In this document: positions 48,601 through 60,900 of the stretch, in pieces
Layout: every line of letters starts with the position of its first letter
How positions within the stretch are numbered: position 1 is the first letter of the stretch
Assembly (NCBI GenBank): GCA_964016885.1
Contig: OZ024743.1
Location: 133,610,001 to 133,674,000, forward strand
Direction of reading: 5' to 3'
DNA length: 64,000 nucleotides
DNA from: Eledone cirrhosa
Taxonomy: Eukaryota
Notes under the pieces: generated by a model
What the model was told of the DNA's origin: nothing
The model's database searches: none
The model's input: the letters and a program-made list of their open reading frames with translations, nothing else
Translations under genes and position numbers: made by a program

Positions 48601-51600
48601 TGGTGCTTGGTGTTTGCTGTTTGCTGTTTGCTGTTTGCTGTTTGCTGTTTGGTGTTTGCTGTTTGGTGTTTGCTGTTTGGTGTTTGGTGCTTGCTGTTGG
48701 GTGTTTGGTGTTTGGTGCTTGCTGCTTAGTGTTTGGTGTTTGGTGTTTGGTGCTTGGTGCTTGGGGCTTGGTGTTTGGTGCTTGGTGCTTGGTGCTTGGT
48801 GTTTGTCGCTTGGTGCTTGGTGCTTGGTGTTTGGTGCTTGGTGCTTGGTGTTTGGTGTTTGGTGCTTGGTGCTTGGTGTTTGGTGTTTGGTGCTTGGTGT
48901 TTGGTGTTTGGTGCTTGGTGCTTGGTGTTTGTTGCTTGGTACTTGGTGCATGGTGTTTGGTACTGTGTGCTTGGTGTTTGGTGCTTGGTGTTTGGTGCTT
49001 AGTGCTTGGTGTTTGGTGTTTGGTGTTTGATGGTTGGTGTTTGATGCTTGGTGCTTGGTGCTTGGTGTTTGGTGCTTGGTGTTTGTACTTGGTGTTTGGT
49101 GCTTGGTGTTTTGTGCTTGGTTCTTGGTGTTTGGTGTTTGGTGCTTGGTGCTTGGTGCTTGGTGTTAGGTGTTTCGTGCTTGGTGCTTGGTGTTTGGTGT
49201 TTGGTCCTTGGTGCTTGGTGTTTAGTGCTTGGTGCTTGGTGTTTGTTGTTTGGTGTTTTCTGCTTGCTGCTTGGTGTTTGGTGCTTGGTGTTTGGTGCTA
49301 GGTGCTTGGTGTTTGGTGTTTGGAGTTTGGTGTTTGATGCTTGGTGTTTGGTGCTTGGTGTTTGGTGTTTGGTGCTTGGTGCTTGGGGCTTGGTGTTTGG
49401 TGCTTGGTGCTTGGTGCTTGGTGCTTGGTGTTTGCTGCTTGGTGTTTGGTGTTTGGTCTTTGGTGCTTGGTGCTTGGTGTTTGGTGCTTGGTGCTTGGTG
49501 CTGGGTGGTTGGTATTTGGTGCTTGGTGCTTGGTGTTTGGTGCTTGGTGCTTGGTGCTTGGTGTTTGTTGCTTGGTGTTTAGTGTTTGGTGCCTGGTGCT
49601 TGGGGTTTGGTGTTTGGTGCTTGGTACTTGGTGTTTGGTGCTTGGTGTTTGGTGTTTGGTGTTTGGTGTTTGGTGTATGCTGTTTGGTGTCTGCTTTTTG
49701 GTGTTTGGTGTTTGCTGTATGGTGTTTGCTGTTTGGTGTTTGGTGTTTGCTGTTTTGTGTTTGGTGTTTGCTGTTTGGTCTTTGGTGCTTGGTGTTTGGT
49801 GCTTGGTGCTTGGTGTTTGGTGCTTGGTGCTTGGTGTTTGGTGTTTGGTGCTTGGTGCTTGGTGCTTGGTGTTTGGTGTTTGGTGCTTGGTGTCTGGTGC
49901 TTGGTGTTTGGTGTTTGGTGTTTGGTGCTTGGTGTTTGGTGTTTGGTGTTTGGTGCTTGGTGCTTGGTGTTTGGTGTTTCGTGTTTGGTGTTTGGTGCTT
50001 GTTGCTTGGTGCTTGGTGCTTGGTGTTTGGTGCTTGGTGCTTGGTGTTTGGTGCTGGGTGCGTGGTGTTTGGTGCTTGTTGCTTGGTGCTTGGTGTTTGG
50101 TGTTTGGTGCTTGGTGCTTGGTGTTTGGTGTTTGGTGTTATATGCTTGGTGTTTGATGCTTGGTGCTTGGTGCTTGGTGCTTGGTGTTTGGTGCTTGGTG
50201 TTTGGTGCTTGGTGTTTGGTGCTTGGTGTTTGGTGCTTGGTGCCTGGTGCTTGGTGCTTGGTGCTTGGTGTTTGGTGCTTGGTGTTTGGTGCTTGGTGTT
50301 AGGTGTTTGGTGCTTGGTGCTTGGTGTTTGGTGCTTGGTGTTTGGTGCTTGGTGCTTGGTGTTTGGTGTTTGGTGCTTGGTGTTTGGTGCTTGGTACTTG
50401 GTGCTTGGTGCTTGGTGTTAGGTGTCTGGTGCTTGGTGCTTGGTGTTTGGTTTTTGGTGCTTGGTGCTTGGTGTTTGGTGTTTGGTGCTTGCTGCTGGCT
50501 GCTTGGTGTTTGGTGCTTGGTGATTGGTGCTTGGTGTTTGGTGCTTGGTGTTTGGTGTTTGGTACTAGGTGCTTGGTGCTTGGTGTTTGGTGCTTGGTGC
50601 TTGGTGTCTGGTGTTTGGTGTTTGGTGCTTGGTGCTTGGTGTTTGGTGCTTGGTCTTTGGTGCTTGGTGTTTGGTGCTTGGTGCTTGGTGTTTGGTGCTT
50701 GGTGCTTGGTGATTAGTGTTTGGTGCTTGGTGCTTGTGGTTCGGTGTTTGGTGCTTGGTGCTTGGTGTTTGGTGCTTGGTGCTTGGTGTTTGGTGCTTGG
50801 TGTTTGGTTTTTGCTGTTTGCTGTTTGGTGTTTGGTGTTTGGTGTTTGCTGTTTGCTGTTTGGTATCTGCTTTTTGGTGTTTGGTGTTTGCTGTATGGTC
50901 TTTAGTCTTTGGTGCTTGGTGTTTGGTGCTTGGTGCTTGGTGTTTGGTGCTTGGTGGTTGGTGCTTGTTGTTCGGTGATTGGTGCTTGGTGTTTGGTGGT
51001 TGGTGCTTGGGGCTTGGTGTTTGGTGCTGCGTGCTTGGTGCTTGGTGCTTGGTGTTTTTTGTTTGGTGTTTGGTGCTTGGTGCTTGGTGTTTGGTGTTTG
51101 ATGCTTGGTGCTTGATGCTTGGTGCTTGGTGCTTGGTGTTTGGTGCTTGGTGCTTGGTGATTGTACTTGGTGCTTGGTGCTTGGTGTTTGGTGCTTGGTG
51201 TTTGGTGCTTGGTGTTTGGTGTTTGCTCTTTGCTGTATGGTGTTTGGTGTTTGCTGCTTGGTGTTTGGTGTTTGGTGTTTGCTGTTTGGTGTTTGCTGTT
51301 TGGTGCTTGGTGTTTGGTGTTTGGTGCTTGGTGCTTGGGGCTTGGTGTTTGGTTCTTGTTGCTTGGTGCTTGGTGTTTGGTGTTTGGTGCTTGGTGTTTG
51401 GTGCTTGGTGCTTGGTGCTGGGTGTTTGGTGCTTGGTGCTTGGTGTTTGGTGCATGGTGCTTGGTTTTTGCTGTTTGTCGCTTGATGCTTGGTGCTTGGT
51501 GTTTGGTGCTTGGTGTTTGGTGTTTTGTGCTTGGTGCTTGGTGTTTGGTGTTTGGTGCTTGATGTTTGGTGTTTGGTGCTTGGTGCTTGGTGTTTGTTGC

Positions 51601-51940
51601 TTGGTACTTGGTGCATGGTGTTTGATGCTTGGTGTTTGATGCTTGCTGCTTGGTGTTTGGTGCTTGGTGTTTGTACTTGGTGCTTGGTGCTTGGTGTTTT
51701 GTGCTTGGTTCTTGGTGTTTGGTGTTTGGCGCTTGGTGCTTGGTGTTAGGTGTTTGGTGCTTGGTGCTTGGTGTTTGGTGTTTGCTCCTTGGTGCTTGGT
51801 GTTTAGTGCTTGGTGCTTGGTGTTTGTTGTTTGGTGCTTTCTGCTTGCTGCTTGGTGTTTGGTGCTTGGTGATTGGTGCTTGGTGTTTGGTGCTTGGTGC
51901 TTGGTGTTTGGTGTTTGGTGCTAGGTGCTTGGTGTTTGGT
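42680..51940 (+). repeat. About 3.8 kb tandem unit: two near-identical copies (offset 3790) and a more diverged partial third copy from ~50295
   Basis: ORFs 43378..44169, 43659..45161, 44741..45511 and 45551..46366 recur at +3790 (542x7-4, four GTACTT units). 46562..46975 resembles 50303..50716, and 47832..48092 resembles 51489..51749. Confidence 0.9.
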
Positions 51941-54900
51941 GTCTGGTGTTTGGTGCTTGGTGTTTGGTGTTTGGTGCTTCATGCTTGGGGCTTGGTGTTT
52001 GGTGCTAGGTGCTTGGTGCTTGGTGCTTGGTGTTTGGTGCTTGGTGTTTGGTGCTTGGTACTTGGGGCTTGGTGTTTGGTGCTTGGTGCTTGGTGTTTGG
52101 TGCTTGGTGCTTGGTGTTTGGTGTTTGGTGCTTGGTGCTTGGTGTTTGGTGCTTGGTGCTTGGTGCTGGGTGGTTGGTATTTGGTGCTTGGTGCTTGGTG
52201 TTTGGTGCTTGGTGCTTGGTGCTTGGTGTTTGGTGCTTGGTGCTTGGTGCTTGGTCTTTGGTGCTTGGTGTTTGGTGCTTGGTGCTTGGTGCTTGGTGTT
52301 TGGTGCTTGGTGATTAGTGTTTGGTGCTTGGTGCTTGGGGTTTGGTGTTTGGTGCTTGGTACTTGGTGTTTGGTGCTTGGTGTTTGGTGTTTGCTGTTTG
52401 GTGTTTGGTGTTTGGTGTTTGCTGTTTGCTTTTTGGTGTTTGGTGTTTGCTGTATGGTGTTTGCTGTTTGGTGTTTTGTGTTTGCTGTTTGGTGTTTGGT
52501 GTTTGCTGTTTGGTGCTTGGTGCTTGTGTTTGGTGTTTGGTGCTTGGTGCTTGGTGTTTGGTGTTTGTTGCTTGGTGCTTGTTGCTTGGTGTTTGGTGTT
52601 TGGTGTTTGGTGCTTGGTGTCTGGTGCTTGGTGTTTGGTGTTTGGTGTTTGGTGCTTGGTGTTTGGTGCTTGGTGTCTGGTGCTTGGTGTTTGGTGTTTG
52701 GTGTTTGGTGCTTGGTGTCTGGTGTTTGGTGTTTGGTCCTTGGTGCTTGGTGTTTAGTGCTTGGTGCTTGGTGTTTGGTGTTTGGTGTTTGTTGCTTGGT
52801 GCTTGGTGCTTGGTGTTTGGTGCTTGGTGCTTGGTGTTTGGTGCTGGGTGCTTGGTGTTTGGTGCTTGGTGCTTGGTGTTTGTACTTGGTGCTTGGTGCT
52901 TGGTTCTTGGTGCTTGGTGCTTGGTGCTTGGTGCTTTGTGCTTGGTGTTTGGTGCTTGGTGTTTGGTGCTTGGTGTTTGGTGCTTGGTGCCTGGTGCTTG
53001 GTGCTTGGTGCTTGGTGTTTGGGGCTTGGTGTTTGGGGCTTGGTGTTAGGTGTTTGGTGCTTGGTGCTTGGTGTTTGGTGTTTGGTGCTTGGTGTTTGGT
53101 GCTTGGTGCTTGGTGTTTGGTGTTTGGCGCTTGGTGTTTGGTGATTGGTACTTGGTGCTTGGTGCTTGGTGTTAGGTGTTTGGTGCTTGGTGCTTGGTGT
53201 TTGGTTTTTGGTGTTTGGTTTTTGGTGCTTGTTGCTTGGTGTTTGGTGTTTGGTGCTTGCTGCTGGCTGCTTGGTGTTTGGTGCTTGGTGATTGGTGCTT
53301 GGTGTTTGGTGCTTGGTGTTTGGTGTTTGGTACTAGGTGCTTGGTGATTGGTGTTTGGCGCTTGGTGCTTGGTGTTTGGTGTTTGGTGTTTGGTGCTTGC
53401 TGCTTGGTGCTTGGTGCTGGGTGGTTGGTGTTTGGTGCTTGGTGATTAGTGTTTGGTGCTAGGTGCTTGGGGTTTGGTGTTTGGTGCTTGGTGCTTGGTG
53501 TTTGGTGCTTGGTGCTTGGTGTTTGGTGCTTGGTGCTTGGTGTTTGGTGTTTGCTGTTTGCTGTTTGGTGTTTGTCGTTTGGTGTTTGTTGTTTGGTGCT
53601 TGGTGCTTGGTGCTTGGTGCTTAGTCCTTGGTGTTTGGTGCTTGGTGCTTGGTGTTTGTACTTGGTGCTTGGTGCTTGGTGTTTGGTTCTTGGTTCTTGG
53701 TGTTTGGTACTTGGTGCTTGGTGCTTGGTGCTTGGTGTTTGGTGTTTGGTGCTTGGTGTTTGGTGCTTGGTGCTTGGTGCTTGGTGCTTGGTGTTAGGTG
53801 TTTGGTGCTTGGTGCTTGGTGTTTGGTGCTTGGTGTTTGCTGTCTGGTGTTTGGTGTTTGGTGTTTGCTGTTTGCTGTTTGGTGTCTGCTTTTTGGTGTT
53901 TGGTGTTTGCTGTATGGTGTTTGCTGTTTGGTGTTTGGTGCTTCGTGTTTGGTGTTTGGTCTTTGGTGCTTGGTGTCTGGTGCTTGATGTTTGGTGTTTG
54001 GTGTTTGGTGCTTGGTGCTTGGTGTTTGGTGCTTGGTGCTTGGTGTTTGTACTTGGTGCTTGGTGCTTGGTGTTTGGTGCTTGGTTCTTGGTGTTTGGTG
54101 CTTGGTGTTTGGTGCTTGGTGCTTGGTGTTTGGTGCTTGGTGCTTGGTGTTTGGTGTTTGGTGCTTGGTGCTTGGTGCTTGGTGTTAGGTGTTTGGTGCT
54201 TGGTGCTTGGTGTTTAGTGTTTGGTTCTTGGTGCTTGGTATTTGGTGCTTGGTGCTTGCTGCTTGGTGTTTGGTGCTTGGTGATTGATGTTTGGTGTTTG
54301 GTGCTTGGTGCCCAGTGTTTGGTTTTTGGTGCTAGGTGCTTGGTGCATGGTGTTTGGTGCTTGGTGTTTGGTGTTTGGTGGTTGGTGCTTGGGGATTGGT
54401 GTTTGGTACTTGGTGCTTGGTGCTTGGTGTTTGGTGCTTGGTGCTTGGTGTTTGGTGTTTGGTGCTTGGTGCTTGGTATTTGGTGCTTGGTGCTTGGTGT
54501 TTGGTGTTTGGTGCTTGGTGCTTGGTGTTTGGTGCTTGGTGCTTGGTGCTTGTTGTTTGGTGATTGGTGCTTGGTGCTTGGTGTTTGGTGTTTGGTGCTT
54601 GGGGCTTGGTGTTTGGTGCTGCGTGCTTGGTGCTTGGTGCTTGGTGCTTGGTGCTTGGTGTTTGATGCTTGGTGTTTGATGCTTTGTGTTTGGTGTTTGG
54701 TGTTTGGTGCTTGGTGTTTGGTGTTTGATGCTTGGTGCTTGATGCTTGGTGCTTGGTGCTTGGTGTTTGGTGCTTGGTGCTTGGTGTTTGGTGTTTGGTG
54801 CTTGGTGCTTGGTGTTTGGTGCTTGGTGCTTGGTGCTTGTTGTTTGATGATTGGTACTTGGTGCTTGGTGTTTGGTGTTTGGTGCTTGGGGCTTGGTGTT

Positions 54901-57900
54901 TGGTGCTGCGTGCTTGGTGCTTGGTGCTAGGTGCTTGGTGCTTGGGGTTTTGTGTTTGGTGTTTGATGCTTGGTGCTTGGTGTTTGCTGTTTGCTGTTTG
55001 CTGTTTCGTGTTTGCTGTTTGGTGTTTGGTGTTTGGTGTTTGCTGTTTGGTGTTAGCTGTTTGGTGTTTGGTGCTTGCTGTTTGGTGCTTGGTGTTTGGT
55101 GCTTGGTGTTTGGTGTTTGGTGTTTGGTGCTTGGTGCTTGGGGCTTGATTTGGTGCTTGGTGCTTGGTGCTTGGTGTTTGGTGTTTGGTGCTTGGTGTTT
55201 GGTGCTTGGTGCTTGGTGCTGGGTGTTTGGTGCTTGGTGTTTGGTGCATGGTGCTTGGTGCTTGTTGTTTGTCGCTTGTTGCTTGGTGCTTGGTGTTTGG
55301 TGCTTGGTGCTTGGTGTTTGGTGTTTGGTGCTTGGTGCTTGGTGTTTGGTGTTTGGTGCTTGGTGTTTGGTGTTTGGTGCTTGGTGCTTGGTGTTTGCTG
55401 CTTGGTACTTGGTGCATGGTGTTTGGTGCTGGGTGCTTGGTGTTTGGTGCTTGGTGTTTGGTGCTTGGTGCTTGGTGTTTGGTGTTTGGTGTTTGATGCT
55501 TGGTGTTTTATGCTTGGTGCTTGGTGTTTGGTGCTTGGTGTTTGTACTTGGTGCTTGGTGCTTGGTGTTTTGTGCTTGGTTCTTGGTGTTTGGTGTTTGG
55601 TGCTTGGTACTTGGTGCTTGGTGTTAGGTGTTTGGTGCTTGGTGCTTGGTGTTTGGTGTTTGGTCCTTGGTGCTTGGTGCTTGGTGTTTAGTGCTTGGTG
55701 CTTGGTGTTTGTTGTTTGGTGCTTTCTGCTTGCTGCTTGGTGTTTGCTGCTTGGTGCTTGGTGCTTGGTGTTTGGTGTTTGGTGCTAGGTGCTTGGTGTT
55801 TGGTGTTTGGTGTTTGATGCTTGGTGTTTGGTGCTTGGTGTTTGGTGCTTGGTGCTTGGGGCTTGGTGTTTGGTGCTTGGTGCTTGGTGCTTGGTGTTTG
55901 GTGCTTGGTGTTTGGTGTTTGGTGTTTGATGCTTGGTGTTTGGTGCTTGGTGTTTGGTGCTTGGTGCTTGGGGCTTGGTGTTTGGTGTTTGGTGCTTGGT
56001 GCTTGGTGTTTGGTGCTTGGTGCTTGGTGCTGGGTGGTTGGTATTTGGTGCTTGGTGCTTGGTGTTTGGTGCTTGGTGCTTGGTGCTTGGTGTTTGGTGC
56101 TTGGTGTTTGGTGCTTGGTCTTTGGTGCTTGGTGTTTGGTGTTTGGTGCTTGGTGCTTTGTGTTTGGTGCTTGGTGATTAGTGTTTGGTGCTTGGTGCTT
56201 GGGGTTTGGTGTTTGGTGCTTGGTACTTGGTGTTTGGTGCTTGGTGTTTGGTGTTTGCTGTTTGGTGTTTGGTGTTTGGTGTTTGCTGTATGGTGTTTGC
56301 TGTTTCGTGTTTGGTGTTTGCTGTTTGGTGTTTGGTGTTTGCTGTTTGGTGTTTGGTCTTTGGTGCTTGGTGTTTGGTGCTTGGTGCTTGGTGTTTGGTG
56401 TTTGGTGCTTGGTGTTTGGTGTTTGGTGCTTGGTGCTTGGTGCTTGGTGTTTGGTGTTTGGTGTTTGGTGCTTGGTGTCTGGTGCTTGGTGTTTGGTGTT
56501 TGGTGTTTGGTGCTTGGTGTTTGGTGTTTGGTGTTTGGTGTTTGGTGCTTGTTGCTTGGTACTTGGTGCTTGGTGTTTGGTGCTTGGTGCTTGGTGTTTG
56601 GTGCTGGGTGCTTGGTGTTTGGTGCTTGGTTCTTGGTGCTTGGTGTTTGGTGTTTGGTGCTTGGTGCTTGGTGCTTGGGGTTTGGTGTTTGGTGCTTGGT
56701 GTTTTATGCTTGGTGTTTGATGTTTGGTGCTTGGTGCTTGGTGTTTGGTGCTTGGTGCTTGGTGTTTGTACTTGGTGCTTGGTGCTTGGTTCTTGGTGTT
56801 TGGTGCTTGGTGCTTGGTGCTTGGTGCTTGGTGTTTGGTGCTTGGTGTTTGGTGCTTGGTGTTTGGTGCTTGGTGCCTGGTGCTTGGTGCTTGGTGTTTG
56901 GTGCTTGGTGTTTGGTGCTTGGTATTAGGTGTTTGGTGCTTGGTGCTTGGTGTTTGGTGTTTGGTGCTTGGTGTTTGGTGCTTGGTGCTTGGTGTTTGGT
57001 GTTTGGTGCTTGGTGTTTGGTGCTTGGTACTTGGTGCTTGGTGCTTGGTGTTAGGTGTTTGGTGCTTGGTGCTTGGTGTTTGGTTTTTGGTGCTTGGTGC
57101 TTGGTGTTTGGTGTTTGGTGCTTGCTGCTGGCTGCTTGGTGTTTGGTGCTTGGTGATTGGTGCTTGGTGTTTGGTGCTTGGTGTTTGGTGTTTGGTACTA
57201 GGTGCTTGGTGCTTGGTGTTTGGTGCTTGGTGCTTGGTGTTTGGTGTTTGGTGCTTGGTGCTTGGTGTTTGGTGCTTGGTGCTGGGTGCTGGGTGGTTGG
57301 TGTTTGGTGCTTGGTGCTTGATCTTTGGTGTTTGGTGTTTGGTGTTTGGTGCTTGGTGCTTGGTGCTTGGTGTTTGGTGCTTTGTGCTCGGTGTTTGGTG
57401 CTTGGTGCTTAGTGTTTGGTGCTAGGTGCTTGGGGTTTGGTGTTTGGTGCTTGGTGCTTGGTGTTTGGTGCTTGGTGCTTGGTGTTTGGTGTTTGGTGCT
57501 TGGTGCTTGGTGTTTGGTGTTTGGTGTTTGCTGTTTGGTGTTTGGTGTTTGGTGTTTGCTGTTTGGTGTCTGCTTTTTGGTGTTTGGTGTTGGCTGTATG
57601 TTATTTGCTGTTTGGTGTTTGTTGTTTGGTGTTTGGTGCTTGGTGCTTGGTGTTTGGTGTTTGGTGCTTGGTGCTTGGAGTTTGGTGTTTGGTGCTTGGT
57701 GCTTGGTGTTTTGTGCTTGGTGTTTGGTTTTTGGTGCTTGGTGCTTGGTGCTTGTTGCTTGGTCCTTGGTGTTTGGTGCTTGGTGCTTGGTGTTTGTACT
57801 TGGTGCTTGGTGCTTGGTGTTTGGTTCTTGGTTCTTGGTGTTTGGTAATTGGTGCTTGGTGCTTGGTGCTTGGTGTTTGGTGTTTGGTGCTTGGTGTTTG

Positions 57901-60900
57901 GTGCTTGGTGCTTGGTGCTTGGTGTTAGGTGTTTGGTGCTTGGTGCTTGGTGTTTGGTGCTTGGTGTTTGGTGTTTGCTGTTTGGTGTTTGGTGTTTGGT
58001 GTTTGGTGTTTGCTGTTTGGTGTCTGCTTTTTGGTGTTTGGTGTTTGCTGTATGGTGTTTGCTGTTTCGTGTTTGGTGTTTGCTGTTTCGTGTTTGGTGT
58101 TTGCTGTTTGGTGTTTGGTGTTTGGTGCTTGGTGTTTGGTGCTTGGTGCTTGGTGTTTGGTGTTTGGTTTTTGGTGCTTGGTGCTTCGTGTTTGGTGTTT
58201 GGTGCTTGGTGTCTGGAGCTTGGTGTTTGGTGTTTGGTGCTTGTTGTTTGGTGTTTGGTGCTTGGTGCTTGGTGTTTGGTGCTTGGTGCTTGGTGTTTGT
58301 ACTTGGTGCTTGGTGCTTGGTGTTTGGTGCTTGGTTCTTGGTGTTTGGTGCTTGGTGTTTGGTGCTTGGTGCTTGGTGTTTGGTGCTTGGTGCTTGGTGT
58401 TTGGTGTTTGGTGCTTGGTGCTTGGTGCTTGGTGTTTGATGTTTGGTGCTTGGTGCTTGGTGTTTGGTGTTTGGTTCTTGGTGCTTGGTATTTGGTGCTT
58501 GGTGCTTGCTGCTTGGTGTTTGGTGCTTGGTGATTGATGCTTGGTGTTTGATGCTTGGTGCTTGGTATTTGGTTTTTTGTGCTAGGTGCTTGGTGCTTGG
58601 TGTTTGGTGCTTGGTGCTTGGTGTTTGTACTTGGTGCTTGGTGCTTGGTGTTTGGTGCTTGGTTCTTGGTGTTTGGTGCTTGGTGTTTGGTGCTTGGTGC
58701 TTGGTGTTTGGTGCTTGGTGCTTGGTGTTTGGTGTTTGGTGCTTGGTGCTTGGTGCTTGGTGTTTGATGTTTGGTGCTTGGTGCTTGGTGTTTGGTGTTT
58801 GGTTCTTGGTGCTTGGTATTTGGTGCTTGGTGCTTGCTGCTTGGTGTTTGGTGCTTGGTGATTGATGCTTGGTGTTTGATGCTTGGTGCTTGGTATTTGG
58901 TTTTTGGTGCTAGGTGCTTGGTGCTTGGTGTTTGGTGCTTGGTGTTTGGTGTTTGCTGCTTGGTGCTTGGGGCTTGGTGTTTGGTACTTGGTGCTTGGTG
59001 CTTGGTGTTTGGTGCTTGGTGCTTGGTGTATGGTGTTTGGTGTTTGGTGCTTGGTGTTTGGTGTTTGTTGCTTGGTGCTTGGTGTTTGTTGCTTGGTACT
59101 TGGTTCATGGTGTTTGGTGCTGGGTGCTTGGTGTTTGGTGCTTGGTGCTTGGTGTTTGGTGTTTGGTGCTTGGTGTTTGGTGTTTGGTGCTTGGTGCTTG
59201 GTGTTTGTTGCTTGGTACTTGGTGCATGGTGTTTGGTGCTGGGTGCTTGGTGTTTGGTGCTTGGTGTTTGGTGCTTGGTGCTTGGTGTTTGGTGTTTGGT
59301 GTTTGGTGTTTGGTGTTTGATGCTTGGTGCTTGGTGCTTGGTGTTTGGTGCTTGGTGTTTGTACTTGGTGCTTGGTGTTTTGTGCTTGGTCCTTTGTGTT
59401 TGGTGTTTGGTGCTTGGTGCTTGGTGCTTGGTGTTAGGTGTTTGGTGCTTGGTGCTTGGTGTTTGGTGTTTGGTCCTTGGTGCTTGGTGTTTAGTGCTTG
59501 GTGCTTGGTGTTTGTTGTTTGGTGCTTTCTGCTTGCTGCTTGGCGTTTGGTGCTTGGTGCTTGGTGCTTGGTGTTTGGTGCTTGGTGCTTGGTGTCTGGT
59601 GTTTGGTGTTTGGTGCTTGGTGCTTGGTGTTTGGTGCTTGGTCTTTGGTGCTTGGTGTTTGGTGCTTGGTGCTTGGTGTTTGGTGCTTGGTGCTTGGTGA
59701 TTAGTGTTTGGTGCTTGGTGCTTGTGGTTTGGTGTTTGGTGCTTGGTGCTTGGTGTTTGGTGCTTGGTGCTTGGTGTTTGGTGCTTGGTGTTTGGTTTTT
59801 GCTGTTTGCTGTTTGGTGTTTGGTGTTTGGTGTTTGCTGTTTGCTGTTTGGTATCTGCTTTTTGGTGTTTGGTGTTTGCTGTATGGTGTTTGCTGTTTCG
59901 TGTTTATTGTTTGCTGTTTGGTCTTTAGTCTTTGGTGCTTGGTGTTTGGTGCTTGGTGCTTGGTGTTTGGTGCTTGGTGGTTGGTGCTTGTTGTTCGGTG
60001 ATTGGTGCTTGGTGTTTGGTGGTTGGTGCTTGGGGCTTGGTGTTTGGTGCTGCGTGCTTGGTGCTTGGTGCTTGGTGTTTTTTGTTTGGTGTTTGGTGCT
60101 TGGTGCTTGGTGTTTGGTGTTTGATGCTTGGTGCTTGATGCTTGGTGCTTGGTGCTTGGTGTTTGGTGCTTGGTGCTTGGTGATTGTACTTGGTGCTTGG
60201 TGCTTGGTGTTTGGTGCTTGGTGTTTGGTGCTTGGTGTTTGGTGTTTGCTCTTTGCTGTATGGTGTTTGGTGTTTGCTGCTTGGTGTTTGGTGTTTGGTG
60301 TTTGCTGTTTGGTGTTTGCTGTTTGGTGCTTGGTGTTTGGTGTTTGGTGCTTGGTGCTTGGGGCTTGGTGTTTGGTTCTTGTTGCTTGGTGCTTGGTGTT
60401 TGGTGTTTGGTGCTTGGTGTTTGGTGCTTGGTGCTTGGTGCTGGGTGTTTGGTGCTTGGTGCTTGGTGTTTGGTGCATGGTGCTTGGTTTTTGCTGTTTG
60501 TCGCTTGATGCTTGGTGCTTGGTGTTTGGTGCTTGGTGTTTGGTGTTTTGTGCTTGGTGCTTGGTGTTTGGTGTTTGGTGCTTGATGTTTGGTGTTTGGT
60601 GCTTGGTGCTTGGTGTTTGTTGCTTGGTACTTGGTGCATGGTGTTTGATGCTTGGTGTTTGATGCTTGCTGCTTGGTGTTTGGTGCTTGGTGTTTGTACT
60701 TGGTGCTTGGTGCTTGGTGTTTTGTGCTTGGTTCTTGGTGTTTGGTGTTTGGCGCTTGGTGCTTGGTGTTAGGTGTTTGGTGCTTGGTGCTTGGTGTTTG
60801 GTGTTTGCTCCTTGGTGCTTGGTGTTTAGTGCTTGGTGCTTGGTGTTTGTTGTTTGGTGCTTTCTGCTTGCTGCTTGGTGTTTGGTGCTTGGTGATTGGT

